A program made the translations under genes and the position numbers. Below are positions 28,383-39,409 of a DNA stretch of 64,000 nucleotides, one piece after another. Each line of letters opens with the position of its first letter. Position 1 is the stretch's first letter. The notes below the pieces were generated by a model. It was not told the DNA's origin and made no database searches. It saw only the letters and a program-made list of their open reading frames with translations. Source of the DNA: Spirochaetia bacterium (GTDB lineage Bacteria > Spirochaetota > Spirochaetia > DSM-16054 > Sediminispirochaetaceae); the NCBI GenBank assembly GCA_034520965.1, contig JAXHMY010000003.1:608001-672000 (forward strand). Reading direction: 5' to 3'.

Positions 28383-29945
28383 ATGAAACACATACCATTA
28401 CTACCCTCACTCATATTAGGAGCCCTTGTCCTGGCTGCCGTTATACCCGCAGCCTATTATGGCTCTCAGGCCCTGCAGCCGGTCCGAATCTCCGCAGAAC
28501 TCTCTCAAGCCGCCCCGCTCAGCGCACTGGCACAGGTAAAAACCCGTCGCCCCTCCCGGGTCAGCCTGCGGATACGGGGCCGCGACGATAACGACCTGCA
28601 GGTAGATTTTCCAGAGACCTCCCGCCGGCACCAGATCCCGGTGCTCGGGCTGTATCCGGACTACCAGAACCGGGTTGAGTTCCGCATCACCACCGACAAG
28701 GGCCGAGTTTTCGAGCGCAGCCTGACCCTCACCACCCAGGCTCTGCCGGAAGCTTATCCGGATATCCGGGTAAAACGCCTTCAGCCGGAGAAAATCGCCC
28801 CCGGCCTTATCTACCTGCATCTGGGCCACTACGACGCCGAGGGCAACTTTCACTCCTTTCCCTCGGCTATTGACGAATACGGACGGGTCCGCTGGTTCTA
28901 TACCGGAGAAATTGGCCACGTGCTCACACGCCTGGAGAACGGTAACTTCCTCATTCACCGCAAGGGCGACGAAGACGGCCGGGCCCGGGGCGAGACCACC
29001 GGTTCTCCCAACAACGACCACTTGCTGGAAATAGACCCTCTCGGCCGCCGGGTGGCACTCCGAGGCGAGGTGCAAACCGGTATCCACCACGATGCGGTTC
29101 CCATGCCCAACGGCAACATTCTGGCCCTCACCAGCGCCCTCGGTTCCTACGACGACGGGGTGGTGGAAATCGACGGGAACAGCGGAGAAGTACTCCGGGG
29201 CTGGGACCTGCGGAATATACTCCAGCCCGAGCGGCCGCCCCAGCCCCGCAACCTCGAGAAAGGGGACTGGCTGCACCTCAACGGCATCGACTACAACCCC
29301 TCCGACGACAGCTTTATCCTCTCCGGCCGCGACCAGAGCGCGGTGGTAAAAGTGCAGCGTGAGTCCGGCCAACTGCAGTGGATCCTGGGCAACCACGAGC
29401 ATTGGTCCGAGCCCTTCCGGCAGTACCTCCTCCAGCCCAGCTCCGGGCAAGGCAGCTCTTTTGAGTGGCAGTGGGGCCAACACGCCCCCATGTTTCACCC
29501 GGACAACCCCCGGCGGCTGCTGGTCTTCGACAACGGCAACCGGCGCTCCTACGACAATCCCCTGCCGGCTACAAAAAACTACTCCCGGGCGGTGGAGTAC
29601 GAAATAGACCCCTCCAGCATGGAGGTCCGCCAAATATGGGAATTCGGCCGCCGCTACGGCTCAGAGCTCTACACTCCCTTCATAGGCGATGCGAACTACC
29701 TGTCCAACGGTAACCGCCTGGTCTGTTTCGGGGGCATCACCCGTTCCCTTGAAGGCGAGGCAATCGAAATATTCGACTTCGAGAACAACAGCATCAACCC
29801 CATGAAGGTCGAGGCCCGAATTATCGAGGTTACCCCAGAACAACCGGCCCAGGAGGTACTCAGCATCACCATCGCCGACCCAGACCCCGACAGTCACCGT
29901 GGCTATCGCAGCTACCGTGCGGTAAAGATGCCGCTCTACCCCTGA
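28383..29945 (+). CDS. aryl-sulfate sulfotransferase
   Basis: N-terminal TM, IPVLGLYPD Ig-like region, IHHD, DWLHLNGI, SGRDQS, WGQH, FDNG, YSRAVEY. Confidence 0.88.
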   Translation: MKHIPLLPSLILGALVLAAVIPAAYYGSQALQPVRISAELSQAAPLSALAQVKTRRPSRVSLRIRGRDDNDLQVDFPETSRRHQIPVLGLYPDYQNRVEFRITTDKGRVFERSLTLTTQALPEAYPDIRVKRLQPEKIAPGLIYLHLGHYDAEGNFHSFPSAIDEYGRVRWFYTGEIGHVLTRLENGNFLIHRKGDEDGRARGETTGSPNNDHLLEIDPLGRRVALRGEVQTGIHHDAVPMPNGNILALTSALGSYDDGVVEIDGNSGEVLRGWDLRNILQPERPPQPRNLEKGDWLHLNGIDYNPSDDSFILSGRDQSAVVKVQRESGQLQWILGNHEHWSEPFRQYLLQPSSGQGSSFEWQWGQHAPMFHPDNPRRLLVFDNGNRRSYDNPLPATKNYSRAVEYEIDPSSMEVRQIWEFGRRYGSELYTPFIGDANYLSNGNRLVCFGGITRSLEGEAIEIFDFENNSINPMKVEARIIEVTPEQPAQEVLSITIADPDPDSHRGYRSYRAVKMPLYP

Positions 29946-30289
29946 AGCAGATAAAGCCGATATACAGCGACCTTCTGATAGTCGGAGCCGGCCGCTGCAA
30001 CATCAGCCACACCGGCAGCACTATGGAACCCTTGACGGCAGCCGGAAAAAGCTCCTTAAATCGGTACTCTTTGGCTTTCCTCTGGAGCCGTCGCCGGGCG
30101 GTCGGTGGCCGAACTGATTTGAGAAGACAGCCCTCAATTTTACCCCCGTCTCCAGACTTAATTCGATGACAGTTTGCAGCCTTTTTCGCCGATCGCTTTT
30201 TCCACGCTCAATTTATCCGCCCCCTTTATCAAAAAAAGGGTGTCAAAAAAAGGTTTGACAGTGCCGCCGCTTTCACTATACTTACATTT

Positions 30290-32587
30290 GTGACTAATTT
30301 GCATAATAATAGATTTGTTACACTTCCTTTCATCCCACTCCTGCTCATTCTGACCTTCGGTGTGGTAAGTGGGGTGAGCGGTGAAAACGCCGACAGCAAC
30401 CCTAAGCGAATACTCATGCTCTCCTCATACCACCCGGCCTTTCCTACCTACCGGCAGCAGGTGGACGGGGTACGGGATACCTTTGCAGGTCGGGATGTGC
30501 TGCTCGATGTAGAGTTTATGGATAGCAAGCGCTTTATAGAAGAAGAGTTCCGTCTGCAGTTCCTGGACATGCTCAGTACAAAGCTCTCACAACTGCCGCC
30601 CTACGATGGAGTTATTACCGCCAACGACAACGCCCTCTCCTTTGCCCTTGCCCATCAAAAGGAACTTTTTCCATCTATTCCCATCACCTTTTTCGGGATA
30701 AACAACCGTAAGCTGGCCCTTGCCCAGAACAGGAACCCCCAAGTTACCGGAGTTGTAGAGGCAGTGTCTATGGAGGCAACCCTGCAGATGGCCATGGAGC
30801 TGTTTCCCCAAACCTCCACAATCTATGCCATAGTCGACCGTACCCCGACAGGCCAAGAGGACCTGGCCACATTTTACAGTTACAGCAGCCGCTTCCCCTT
30901 GGACGAGCTCTCCCTAGAGAGACTCAGCTTTGACGAGCTGGAAGCGCGGCTCCGCGGCCTCAATGAAAATTCGGTAGTTCTTCTAATTTCCGCCTACCAT
31001 GACCGTACCGGAGACAGACTCACCTTCGAGGAAAGCCTTTCGCGAATTACTGCGAACAGTTCCGTACCAATCTTTCACCTGTATCACCACGGTATGGGTA
31101 AGGGCATCTTTGGGGGAAAGTTAATTTCCCATTACCAGCAAGCCCTTACCGCCGCCGCCATAATGGAGGAGATACTCTTCTCGGAGACAACAGTGGACGA
31201 GTTTTCAGTGGTTGAGGAAAGTCCCAATATCTACATGGCCGATTATGTACAAATGGAAAAGTACGGCATACGGGAACAAGACCTCCCGGAGGGCACTCAG
31301 GTAATGAACCGTCCCGAGTCCTTTTACCGTGAAAACTGGGTTCAAATATGGTCCCTGATGGTGGTAATTTTTCTGGAGGGGGCCCTTATCCTGCTTTTGA
31401 TATTCAACATCCAGCGCAAGAAAAGTATGGCCCGGCGCTTGATGGCAAGTGAGCAGCGCTTCCGGGATCTGTTCGAATATGCGCCGGTCGCGCTTCTTGA
31501 AGAAGATTACTCCGAGGTAAAGCGCTATTTAGACTTCCAGCTTATCCCAGGTGGACAGAGCTTAGAGAGCTTCTTACAGGAAAACCCCCGGGAGGTAGAG
31601 AAGTGTGCCGGCATGGTCCGAATTCTCGATGCAAACCAGCAGGCATTGTCACTTTTCAAAGTACCTAGCAAAGCTCCCCTTTTAACAGGTCTTTCCAGGC
31701 GGTTCTCGGAAAAAACCCTGGAGGTATTCACCCAGGAGCTTCTCAGTTTTTATAGGGGCGAGACAAAGTTTTCTGCCCCATCACAGATGAAGACACATCT
31801 TCAGGACCCGATATGGACCAATTTGCACTTGGTCGTTGCCCCGCACAACGAAAAAGAATGGGACCGAGTGTACGAAGGTATCGAGAATATCACTCGGACG
31901 GTACACTTTCAAAATCAGCTGGAAAACACAATCCGCGAGAAGGATATTCTGCTCGGTGAAATACATCACCGGGTAAATAATAACCTGGCCCTCATCTCCT
32001 CTTTTCTCCATCTCCAAACCATGGTATCAAATAACGATGCACTAAATAGGTTCTTGCAAGACAGCATGACGCGTATTAAGGCAATGTCACTGGTCCATGA
32101 AAAATTGTTTCGTAACAGTACCATTGAGAACATCGACCTCTCCGAATACATTCACGATTTAGTGCATGAAATTATACAAGCCTATAGCTCCTCTTCTACC
32201 GAAGTTGAGTGTGTAATTTCCTGCGAGAAGCTGACGCTCTCAATCAACTTCATGATCCCCCTGGGCTTGGTGGTAAATGAGATAGTTTCCAACTCAATAA
32301 AACACGCCTTCGAAGCTGTTGCTCAGCCCCGTATAAAGGTAAGGATTGAAAAAATAAACAGCACACATCTCGAGCTACACATCAATGATAACGGCATAGG
32401 AATCCAGCCGGCAGCCCCACAATCACCTCAGCAAAAAAGCAGTATAGGTCTGCTCATTATTGATACGCTCATTGACCAACTGGAAGGTTCCAAACAGGTC
32501 GTTACAGACCACGGAACTCACTACACAATAATTCTACCCACAGAAGAGGGCAGCAATGAGCAGCACAATACTTATAGTCGAAGATGA
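30290..32587 (+). CDS. sensor histidine kinase (extracytoplasmic ABC-binding-like sensor, PAS, HisKA_2/HATPase)
   Basis: EIHHRVNNNL H-box, NEIVSNSIKHAF, DNGIG, GLLII; TM at ~aa 350. Confidence 0.92.
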   Translation: MTNLHNNRFVTLPFIPLLLILTFGVVSGVSGENADSNPKRILMLSSYHPAFPTYRQQVDGVRDTFAGRDVLLDVEFMDSKRFIEEEFRLQFLDMLSTKLSQLPPYDGVITANDNALSFALAHQKELFPSIPITFFGINNRKLALAQNRNPQVTGVVEAVSMEATLQMAMELFPQTSTIYAIVDRTPTGQEDLATFYSYSSRFPLDELSLERLSFDELEARLRGLNENSVVLLISAYHDRTGDRLTFEESLSRITANSSVPIFHLYHHGMGKGIFGGKLISHYQQALTAAAIMEEILFSETTVDEFSVVEESPNIYMADYVQMEKYGIREQDLPEGTQVMNRPESFYRENWVQIWSLMVVIFLEGALILLLIFNIQRKKSMARRLMASEQRFRDLFEYAPVALLEEDYSEVKRYLDFQLIPGGQSLESFLQENPREVEKCAGMVRILDANQQALSLFKVPSKAPLLTGLSRRFSEKTLEVFTQELLSFYRGETKFSAPSQMKTHLQDPIWTNLHLVVAPHNEKEWDRVYEGIENITRTVHFQNQLENTIREKDILLGEIHHRVNNNLALISSFLHLQTMVSNNDALNRFLQDSMTRIKAMSLVHEKLFRNSTIENIDLSEYIHDLVHEIIQAYSSSSTEVECVISCEKLTLSINFMIPLGLVVNEIVSNSIKHAFEAVAQPRIKVRIEKINSTHLELHINDNGIGIQPAAPQSPQQKSSIGLLIIDTLIDQLEGSKQVVTDHGTHYTIILPTEEGSNEQHNTYSRR

Positions 32588-32912
32588 ATTACTTATCGCC
32601 CTGACCTACAGAATGGATTTAGAGAAGCGGGGGTATACCGTTATTGGGGTCTGCTCAACCGGCCAAGAGGCTGTACAGTCCGTCGAGCAGCAGCAGCCGG
32701 ATGTGGTCTTGATGGATATTCACCTAAAGGGACAAATGGACGGAATCGAGGCGGCGGAGCTCATCATGCAAAGCGAAACAGCTCCGGCTCTTATCTTCAT
32801 AACCGGCAATTACGAAGCTCCCACGAAGGAGAGGGCCAACAGCTTGGAACCGTTGGGCTTCTTCGTTAAACCTGTTACAATGCAAGAGATCGACCACCTC
32901 ATTCGAAGCTAA
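32556..32912 (+). CDS. single-domain response regulator
   Basis: ILIVEDE, DVVLMDIHL, DGIEAA, FITG, VKP; overlaps kinase stop. Confidence 0.92.
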   Translation: MSSTILIVEDELLIALTYRMDLEKRGYTVIGVCSTGQEAVQSVEQQQPDVVLMDIHLKGQMDGIEAAELIMQSETAPALIFITGNYEAPTKERANSLEPLGFFVKPVTMQEIDHLIRS

Positions 32913-33040
32913 ACCTGCCGAAAATTTTATACGCCTGTGTATGCACCTGCAGGGACCTTTGTGTCCAAATACATTAGTTTTTTCATCAGATATTGCCTTT
33001 TTTTGTTTCTCCTCCTACACTTCTGGTAAGGAGTGCCGTT

Positions 33041-34585
33041 ATGACAGGGACAAAACCTTTTCCGGAGTTTATTCAAGAGTTCAGAGACCAGCTGGCCTAC
33101 CTCTTCCACGAGCGGAGCGATATAGATGCGTTGAGTGTTACACGCGGGCTGCCGCCGTTTATCCTGCGGGAGATTATGTCCGCAAATCCCCTGGCTACCT
33201 ACATTCCACGGAAGTATGGAGGTCGCGGAGGGAGCGTCAAAGAGGGGCTTGAGCTTGCCTCGGCTACCGCCTACGAGTCGCTGCCCCTCTCCCTGGCCTT
33301 CGGGATCAACTGGGCCCTATTCCTTCAGCCGGTGGCCAAATACGCACAGGAGGGTGTGAAGCAGGGTATTTTTAGCGACTTTTTAGAGAATCGGAAGATG
33401 GGCGGCCTGATGATAACCGAACCGGGCTACGGCAGCGATGCCCTGCACATGATAAGCTCGTATACCCAGGAGCAGTCCTCGTATCACATAAAGGGACTCA
33501 AACACTGGGCAGGACTTACCGGCTGGGCGGATTACTGGCTTCTGACTGCCAGGCGTAAAAATGAGGACGGCAGTTTAGGCCGGGCTATCGACTTTTTTAT
33601 AAGCGATGCTTCGGAGCCCGAGCAGAACATTGTGGTTGAAGAGTACTATAAAAATCTTGGAATCTATATGCTCCCCTATGGGCGAAACAGAATCGACATA
33701 AAAGTCCCGCACAGCCACAAACTCGAGCCGCAGAGTACCGGCCTGCGGATGATGCTCGACCTGCTGCACCGCAGCAGAATGGAGTTCCCCGGAATGGCCA
33801 CCGGTTTTCTGCAGCGCATGCTGGATGAAGCGGTGACCCACTGCAAAGAACGGCAGGTGGGAGGCAGAAGCTTGTTCAGTTACGACCAGGTCCAGCAGCG
33901 GCTCTCCCGGCTGCAGTCGGCCTATACTATCAGCTCGGCCATGTGCCTCAACAGTGCCGGAAAGGCGGGCATAGAAAACGACCTTTCCGGCATCGGGCTG
34001 GAGGCCAATTCGGTAAAAACCTATGTAACCGACCTGATGCAGAGCTCGGCCCAGTCACTTCTGCAGCTTGAGGGGGCCAAGGGCTATCGTCTCGACCATA
34101 TCGCGGGCCGGGCCCTTGTCGACAGCCGGCCCTTTCAGATTTTTGAGGGCTCCAACGATATTCTCTATATTCAAATTGCGGAGGCCGTCCAGAAACAGAT
34201 GCAGCGCAAAAAACAACACAACCTGCTGCAGTTCCTTAAAACCCTTGAGCTCACCCAGTCGGCTGCCGGCAGCCGGGCGGCGGAAAGCACCGATGCCGCC
34301 GGGATGCAGCTAAGCCGCCTGCATAAGCAGCTTGACTTTGAGCTGCAGCTGCCCCTGCCGCAGCGAAAACTCACCGAACTTGGCCAGATTGTCAGCCGCA
34401 TAGCTGCCATGAGCATGGTGCTCACCCTAGGCGAAACCGGATTCAACCAACACTTAATCGACAGCAGCCTCTTACACATTGCTCAGGAGGTCTCGGGCTT
34501 GCTCGGCAGTTACCACTCCGCGGCCACTACCGATTACATCGAGGGGTATGGCGAGAGCGGCTCCTGGTTTGAGGCAGCAAGATAA
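33041..34585 (+). CDS. acyl-CoA dehydrogenase family protein
   Basis: MITEPGYGSD, GLKHWAG, GAKGY, FQIFEGSNDI; ATG 33041 after AAGGAG. Confidence 0.9.
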   Translation: MTGTKPFPEFIQEFRDQLAYLFHERSDIDALSVTRGLPPFILREIMSANPLATYIPRKYGGRGGSVKEGLELASATAYESLPLSLAFGINWALFLQPVAKYAQEGVKQGIFSDFLENRKMGGLMITEPGYGSDALHMISSYTQEQSSYHIKGLKHWAGLTGWADYWLLTARRKNEDGSLGRAIDFFISDASEPEQNIVVEEYYKNLGIYMLPYGRNRIDIKVPHSHKLEPQSTGLRMMLDLLHRSRMEFPGMATGFLQRMLDEAVTHCKERQVGGRSLFSYDQVQQRLSRLQSAYTISSAMCLNSAGKAGIENDLSGIGLEANSVKTYVTDLMQSSAQSLLQLEGAKGYRLDHIAGRALVDSRPFQIFEGSNDILYIQIAEAVQKQMQRKKQHNLLQFLKTLELTQSAAGSRAAESTDAAGMQLSRLHKQLDFELQLPLPQRKLTELGQIVSRIAAMSMVLTLGETGFNQHLIDSSLLHIAQEVSGLLGSYHSAATTDYIEGYGESGSWFEAAR

Positions 34586-34586
34586 C

Positions 34587-34985
34587 TCAGACGCTTTCTT
34601 CTTTTCGGAGATACCCGGCTATGTAGGCCGCCAGAATCTCAATAAACTCAGCATCCTCTCCGAGGGCGGGCAACAGCTCTATCTCGATTTCCGGATACCG
34701 GGATTGATACGCAGCGATGCGCCGGGGAACATCACGGCCTACATGGGTTCCCACCGCAATAAACAGCGGCAGTACCGCAATTTTCTCTACCGAATCGGCC
34801 CGCGCCTCCTCAAACTTATCTTCGAGGGTGGGGCCGGTAAACTCCATATAGGCAAGGCTGAGGTTTCCGTGTTTTCCGTCTCTCCGCAGGCGCTGCAACA
34901 GCAACTCAAAGGGCTGCTTCCACGACTCCGCCTTGCTTCCGTGGGCAAGAAGTATCACCCGCCCCGCTCCTCTGGTTTTATGCAT
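34587..34985 (-). CDS. cbiX: small sirohydrochlorin chelatase (CbiX/SirB type), probable ferrochelatase for siroheme
   Basis: LLAHGS, AYMEF, PLFIAVGTHVGRDVP; last gene of heme operon. Confidence 0.85.
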   Translation of the reverse strand: MHKTRGAGRVILLAHGSKAESWKQPFELLLQRLRRDGKHGNLSLAYMEFTGPTLEDKFEEARADSVEKIAVLPLFIAVGTHVGRDVPRRIAAYQSRYPEIEIELLPALGEDAEFIEILAAYIAGYLRKEESV

Positions 34986-35001
34986 TCATTCTCCTGTAAA
35001 C

Positions 35002-36285
35002 CTATCCGCTCACTTTGAGGCTTTCATACTGTACTCTCAGGGTGGTATCGATATCCTCGTCGCTGTGCGCATCGGATACAAAAGTTGTCTCAAACTGGGA
35101 GGGAGCAATATACACGCCCCGTCTGACCATCTCCTTAAAGTAGGCGGCAAACTTCCGGGTGTCCGCCCGCTTCGCTTCCCCATGGCTGGTAACCGAACCT
35201 TCGGTGAAGAAAAGGCAAAGCATCGAGGCTACCCGGTTTACCGTGTAGGGCAAACCGAGTTTTCTTACGTTCTCCCTCATCCCCTCCTCCAGTCTCGCGG
35301 CTTTCCTCTCCAACCTTTCATAGACGCCCTCCTCTTTAAGAAGAGACAGGGTTTCATACCCAGCGGCCATGGCTACAGGATTTCCCGAAAGTGTTCCCGC
35401 CTGATACACATCCCCGGCTGGGGCAAGCTGTTCCATTATTTCCTTCCGTCCGCCGAAGGCTCCCACCGGAAAACCTCCCCCAATTATCTTACCCAGACAG
35501 GTAAGATCCGGACGTACCCCGTAATAGCCCTGGGCTCCGGTTAGGGAGACCCGGAAGCCGCTTATCACCTCGTCAAAAATAAGTATAATCCCCTCTTCCT
35601 CAGTAATCTCTCGCAGCTGGTCCAAAAACTGGGGTGCCGGAGGTATCACGCCGGCGTTTCCCATTACCGGCTCAAGCATGACCGCTGCAACCTCTCCCTT
35701 GTGGGCATTTACAAGCCTCTTTACCGATTCTATGTCGTTGAACACGGCGGTAAGCGTGTTTGCAGCCTCAGCCTCGGTCACCCCCGGGCTGCCGGGTATT
35801 CCCAGAGTCATAAGCCCGGAGCCGGCATTTATCAGAAAACTATCGCCATGGCCGTGGTAACAGCCTTCAAATTTGATAAGCTTATCCCGGCGAGTCACTC
35901 CCCGTGCGAGGCGGAGGGCACTCATAGTGGCCTCGGTTCCCGAGTTCACCATGCGAACCTGCTCTATTGAGGGCATTGCCTCTACAATGAGACGGGCAAA
36001 CTTCAATTCTATCTCCGTATTGGTACCGAAGCTGGTCCCCCGGGCCGCATACTCTTTTACCGCCTCTAAAACCTGCGGATGGGCATGGCCGAGTATGAGC
36101 GGGCCCCATGAGCCCACATAGTCGATATACCTGTTTCCATCTACATCGTAGATACTCGACCCTTCTCCGCGCTCCATAAAAATCGGATCCAGCTCTACCG
36201 ACGCCCCTGCCCGGGCAGGACTGTTCACCCCTCCCGGCACATAACGTTGCATCTCTTTAAACAGCTCTTCGCTTTTACGGTTCAT
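35002..36285 (-). CDS. hemL: glutamate-1-semialdehyde 2,1-aminomutase
   Basis: [48 protein letters not shown]. Confidence 0.97.
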   Translation of the reverse strand: MNRKSEELFKEMQRYVPGGVNSPARAGASVELDPIFMERGEGSSIYDVDGNRYIDYVGSWGPLILGHAHPQVLEAVKEYAARGTSFGTNTEIELKFARLIVEAMPSIEQVRMVNSGTEATMSALRLARGVTRRDKLIKFEGCYHGHGDSFLINAGSGLMTLGIPGSPGVTEAEAANTLTAVFNDIESVKRLVNAHKGEVAAVMLEPVMGNAGVIPPAPQFLDQLREITEEEGIILIFDEVISGFRVSLTGAQGYYGVRPDLTCLGKIIGGGFPVGAFGGRKEIMEQLAPAGDVYQAGTLSGNPVAMAAGYETLSLLKEEGVYERLERKAARLEEGMRENVRKLGLPYTVNRVASMLCLFFTEGSVTSHGEAKRADTRKFAAYFKEMVRRGVYIAPSQFETTFVSDAHSDEDIDTTLRVQYESLKVSG

Positions 36286-37310
36286 ATATCCTCCGGCTTA
36301 TAGGTGGTTCGCACCTTTTTGTACTCCTTCGTACTGAAGAGTATCTTGTAGTCCTGCGCTGAAATCGCCTCGGCAATACGGACGGCGCTCTCGCTGCAGG
36401 ACTGCTTGTCCTTGGCATGAATCATCGCAAACAGCGGGAAACCCAGGCGTTCCGGAACATCACGAAGATAACAGTGGGAGACCTCCGGAAAAGCGGCGGC
36501 GATCCCCCCGGCTTCATCCTCACTCCCCTCTGCAATCTGAAAACAGGCCATGCCGTTGGCCGAATACCCGGCATTCCTGTGGTGGAGGGCCCCTGATATA
36601 CGGCGAATTATACCGCTCTGCTTAAGCCGGTGTACCCGCCGCACAACTTCTTCCCCCGAAATCCCCAGACGCCTACCTATCTCATCCCATGGACGCGGGA
36701 CAAGGGGAAAGGGCTCCTGAATTTCCTTGAGCAGCCCTTTGTCGCGCTCATCAAGTTCGACCGCGGGGCCTGTACCGGCAGATAGGTTCCCGGCGGCACT
36801 GTTTTCGGCAGCACTGTTCCTGGGCGAAACTCTCATAAGATCCGCAGCAGCCCCGTGGGATCCTCCCGTCGGCAGGTGCACCCTTAGTTTGTAGAGCCGC
36901 AGAGAGGGCAGCAGAACTATATCCTCATACACCATCCCCTCCAGCAGCTGCTCTACCTCTCTGCGCAGGGACTTCTTCCCGGGAATTGTGAGGGTGAACC
37001 AGATATTGTAGTCCCCGTCTCTGAGGTAGTTGTGACTGACCCCCGGATGGCGATTAATGCGGGCGGCCGTTAAATCGGCCTGGGCCCCTGTGGTTTTCAC
37101 GGCCACTAGGGTGCTGTGGTACCCGAGGCGCTGAGCACTGAGCAGGGCGCTTATCCTGCGGATATAGCCGTCATTTAAAAGTGCCCGCAGCCTTTTGAAA
37201 AGCTCTTCCTGGGATATACCGTAGTCTTGGGCCGCTGTAAAGAAGGGCTCAACCTCCTCGGGCAGATCGTTCTGAATAAAATCAAGCAGATACCGGTCTA
37301 TATCATCCAC
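36282..37310 (-). CDS. ahbAB: siroheme decarboxylase, fused AhbA-AhbB
   Basis: Two Lrp/AsnC-like halves with VSHNYLR...YNIWFT and VSHCYLR...[15 protein letters not shown]. Confidence 0.9.
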   Translation of the reverse strand: MDDIDRYLLDFIQNDLPEEVEPFFTAAQDYGISQEELFKRLRALLNDGYIRRISALLSAQRLGYHSTLVAVKTTGAQADLTAARINRHPGVSHNYLRDGDYNIWFTLTIPGKKSLRREVEQLLEGMVYEDIVLLPSLRLYKLRVHLPTGGSHGAAADLMRVSPRNSAAENSAAGNLSAGTGPAVELDERDKGLLKEIQEPFPLVPRPWDEIGRRLGISGEEVVRRVHRLKQSGIIRRISGALHHRNAGYSANGMACFQIAEGSEDEAGGIAAAFPEVSHCYLRDVPERLGFPLFAMIHAKDKQSCSESAVRIAEAISAQDYKILFSTKEYKKVRTTYKPEDI

Positions 37311-38403
37311 TTTCTACCTCGTTTTCTCCCCCGTTTTCTTCCGGGATGTAAATACAGCGCGGCTCCTCAGCCATGTAGTCACCGCTTGCTGCATACGCGC
37401 GGGCCCTGCAGCCTCCGCATACCCGGCGATATTCGCAAACGCCGCATGTGCCCCCGTACTCATCTACCCGGCGGACCTCCTGAAACAGCGGCGCATCCCT
37501 CCATAGACCGGCAAAATCGAAGTTCCCAGCCCGGATATCCCCCGCCTCGATATCTAAAAAGCCGCAAATCTGCAGCTTGCCCGTATGCGAGAGGAACACA
37601 AAGCCCTTGCCCCCCAGACAGCCCTTTGTCATAGCTGCCATCCCGTGGCTTTGCATCGTCACCTTCCGCCCGGCTTCATGCTCCCGCTCTCTGAGCACCC
37701 GGTAGTAGTGGGGGGCACAGGTCGGTTTCATTTCGATACTTTTCTCAAGACTCTTCTCATAAAAACGGTGGAGCATCTCTTCATACGCATCGGCAGATAT
37801 CTCGTACTCAGCCAAATCCTCACCTCGTCCAGTGGGTACCAACAGAAAGGGGTGAAAAGCCACCGCACCTAACTCTTGTGCCAGGTCCATTATCTTATCG
37901 AGCTGATGAGAGTTAAACATACTGATGGTGGTGTTAATCTGATACTCCAAGCCAACTTCATGGGCCGCTTCAGCGGCGGAGAGGACCGCATCGAAGGACC
38001 CGGAAACTCCCCGGAAGGCATCGTGGGTCTGAGCATCGGCCCCGTCAAGACTCAAACTGATCCTCCGTATACCCGCCTCCTTCATTGCCCTTGCACTCTC
38101 TCTGTCTACCAGTGGTCCACAGGGGGCGGCGGCCATCCGCAGGCCCAGAGAAGTCCCGTATTCAACGATAGAGAGAAAATCCGGACGGGCCATCGGTTCT
38201 CCGCCCGTAAGAATGACGATAGGCGAGGCAAAGGAGGCCACAGCATCGAGGACCCTATAACACTCTTCTGTCGACAGTTCGTTTGCGTAGGCTCTGTCTG
38301 CAGCCTTTGCACGGCAGTGTTTGCAATTGAGAGAGCAGGTCCTGGTGATCTCCCAGGCCATAACCCGCAAAGTCGGCGCCTTCAAATCCTTTATCTTCTC
38401 CAT
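37303..38403 (-). CDS. ahbD: Fe-coproporphyrin III oxidative decarboxylase (heme b synthase), radical SAM/SPASM
   Basis: WEITRTCSLNCKHCRA, FLLVPTGRG, KPTCAPHYYR, TKGCLGG, CGGCRARAY. Confidence 0.9.
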   Translation of the reverse strand: MEKIKDLKAPTLRVMAWEITRTCSLNCKHCRAKAADRAYANELSTEECYRVLDAVASFASPIVILTGGEPMARPDFLSIVEYGTSLGLRMAAAPCGPLVDRESARAMKEAGIRRISLSLDGADAQTHDAFRGVSGSFDAVLSAAEAAHEVGLEYQINTTISMFNSHQLDKIMDLAQELGAVAFHPFLLVPTGRGEDLAEYEISADAYEEMLHRFYEKSLEKSIEMKPTCAPHYYRVLREREHEAGRKVTMQSHGMAAMTKGCLGGKGFVFLSHTGKLQICGFLDIEAGDIRAGNFDFAGLWRDAPLFQEVRRVDEYGGTCGVCEYRRVCGGCRARAYAASGDYMAEEPRCIYIPEENGGENEVESG

Positions 38404-39386
38404 TAGCTGCCCTGCTTTCTCGACAGTCGGGAGGCGCTCTTGGCAAAATAGGTAATAATGAGGTCGGCGCCGGCCCGCTTTATGGAGGTTAGACTCTCCA
38501 TCATTACCTTCTCTCCGTCTATCCAGCCCTTGGCATCGGCGGCGCGAATCATAGAAAATTCTCCGCTCACCTGATACGCCGCGGTCGGCAGGCCGCAGGT
38601 TGTCCTTATCCGGTAGATAACGTCCAGATACGCCAGGGCCGGCTTTACCATCACGATATCCGCCCCCTCTCGTATATCCAGTTCGGCCTCCCGCATCGCC
38701 TCGTTGCCATTGGCTGGGTCCATCTGGTAGCTCTTACGGTCTCCGTATTGGGGAGCACACTCAGCGGCCTCTCGAAAGGGGCCGTAGAAGGAAGAGGCGA
38801 ACTTGGCCGAGTAGGCCATAATCGGAAGCCAGGAGAACCCCGCCTCATCGAGACCTTTTCGGATAGCCCCCACTCTTCCATCCATCATGTCCGAGGGGGC
38901 TACCATATCCGCCCCTGCCCGGGCATGGGTAATCGCCTGCTTGGTTAACAGTTCGAGGGTTTCGTCGTTCTGCACTGCCCCCGCTTTCACGATTCCGCAG
39001 TGGCCGTGACTGGTGTACTCGCACATACATACATCGGTTATTACCATCAATTCGGGCAGAGCCTGTTTGATCGCCCGCACTGCCTGCTGGATAATCCCTT
39101 CTTGTGAAAAGGATTCAGAGCCAAACTCATCCTTCACTTGGGGAATGCCGAAAAGCAGAACCGCAGGTATCCCCAGCTCGTACACATCCTTGGCCTCTTT
39201 TACCAGCTCGTCCACCGAAAAGTGGTAGTTTCCGGGCATAGAGGAGATCTCCTCCTTTATACCCTTTCCGTGGACTACAAAGAGGGGATAGATAAAATCC
39301 CCGGAGTCCAGCTGCGTCTCCCGCACCATCTCTCTGAGTCCTTCCGTACGCCGCAATCGTCGCATTCTTGTCTTAGGAAATTCCAC
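38403..39386 (-). CDS. hemB: porphobilinogen synthase
   Basis: [42 protein letters not shown]. Confidence 0.97.
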   Translation of the reverse strand: MEFPKTRMRRLRRTEGLREMVRETQLDSGDFIYPLFVVHGKGIKEEISSMPGNYHFSVDELVKEAKDVYELGIPAVLLFGIPQVKDEFGSESFSQEGIIQQAVRAIKQALPELMVITDVCMCEYTSHGHCGIVKAGAVQNDETLELLTKQAITHARAGADMVAPSDMMDGRVGAIRKGLDEAGFSWLPIMAYSAKFASSFYGPFREAAECAPQYGDRKSYQMDPANGNEAMREAELDIREGADIVMVKPALAYLDVIYRIRTTCGLPTAAYQVSGEFSMIRAADAKGWIDGEKVMMESLTSIKRAGADLIITYFAKSASRLSRKQGS

Positions 39387-39409
39387 ACAGCCTCCTTGTT
39401 TTATAGCGT

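Noticed and set aside
28416..29633. Long antisense ORFs (28416-29633, 26985-28013, 21466-22539, 11627-12556, 54784-55647, 5603-6256 and similar)
   Set aside because: They shadow well-supported genes on the opposite strand, have no motifs, and are expected from GC-rich codon bias
29946..30235. Gene or ncRNA in the ~290-bp gap before the histidine kinase
   Set aside because: No frame gave a recognisable protein and no known RNA motif was seen
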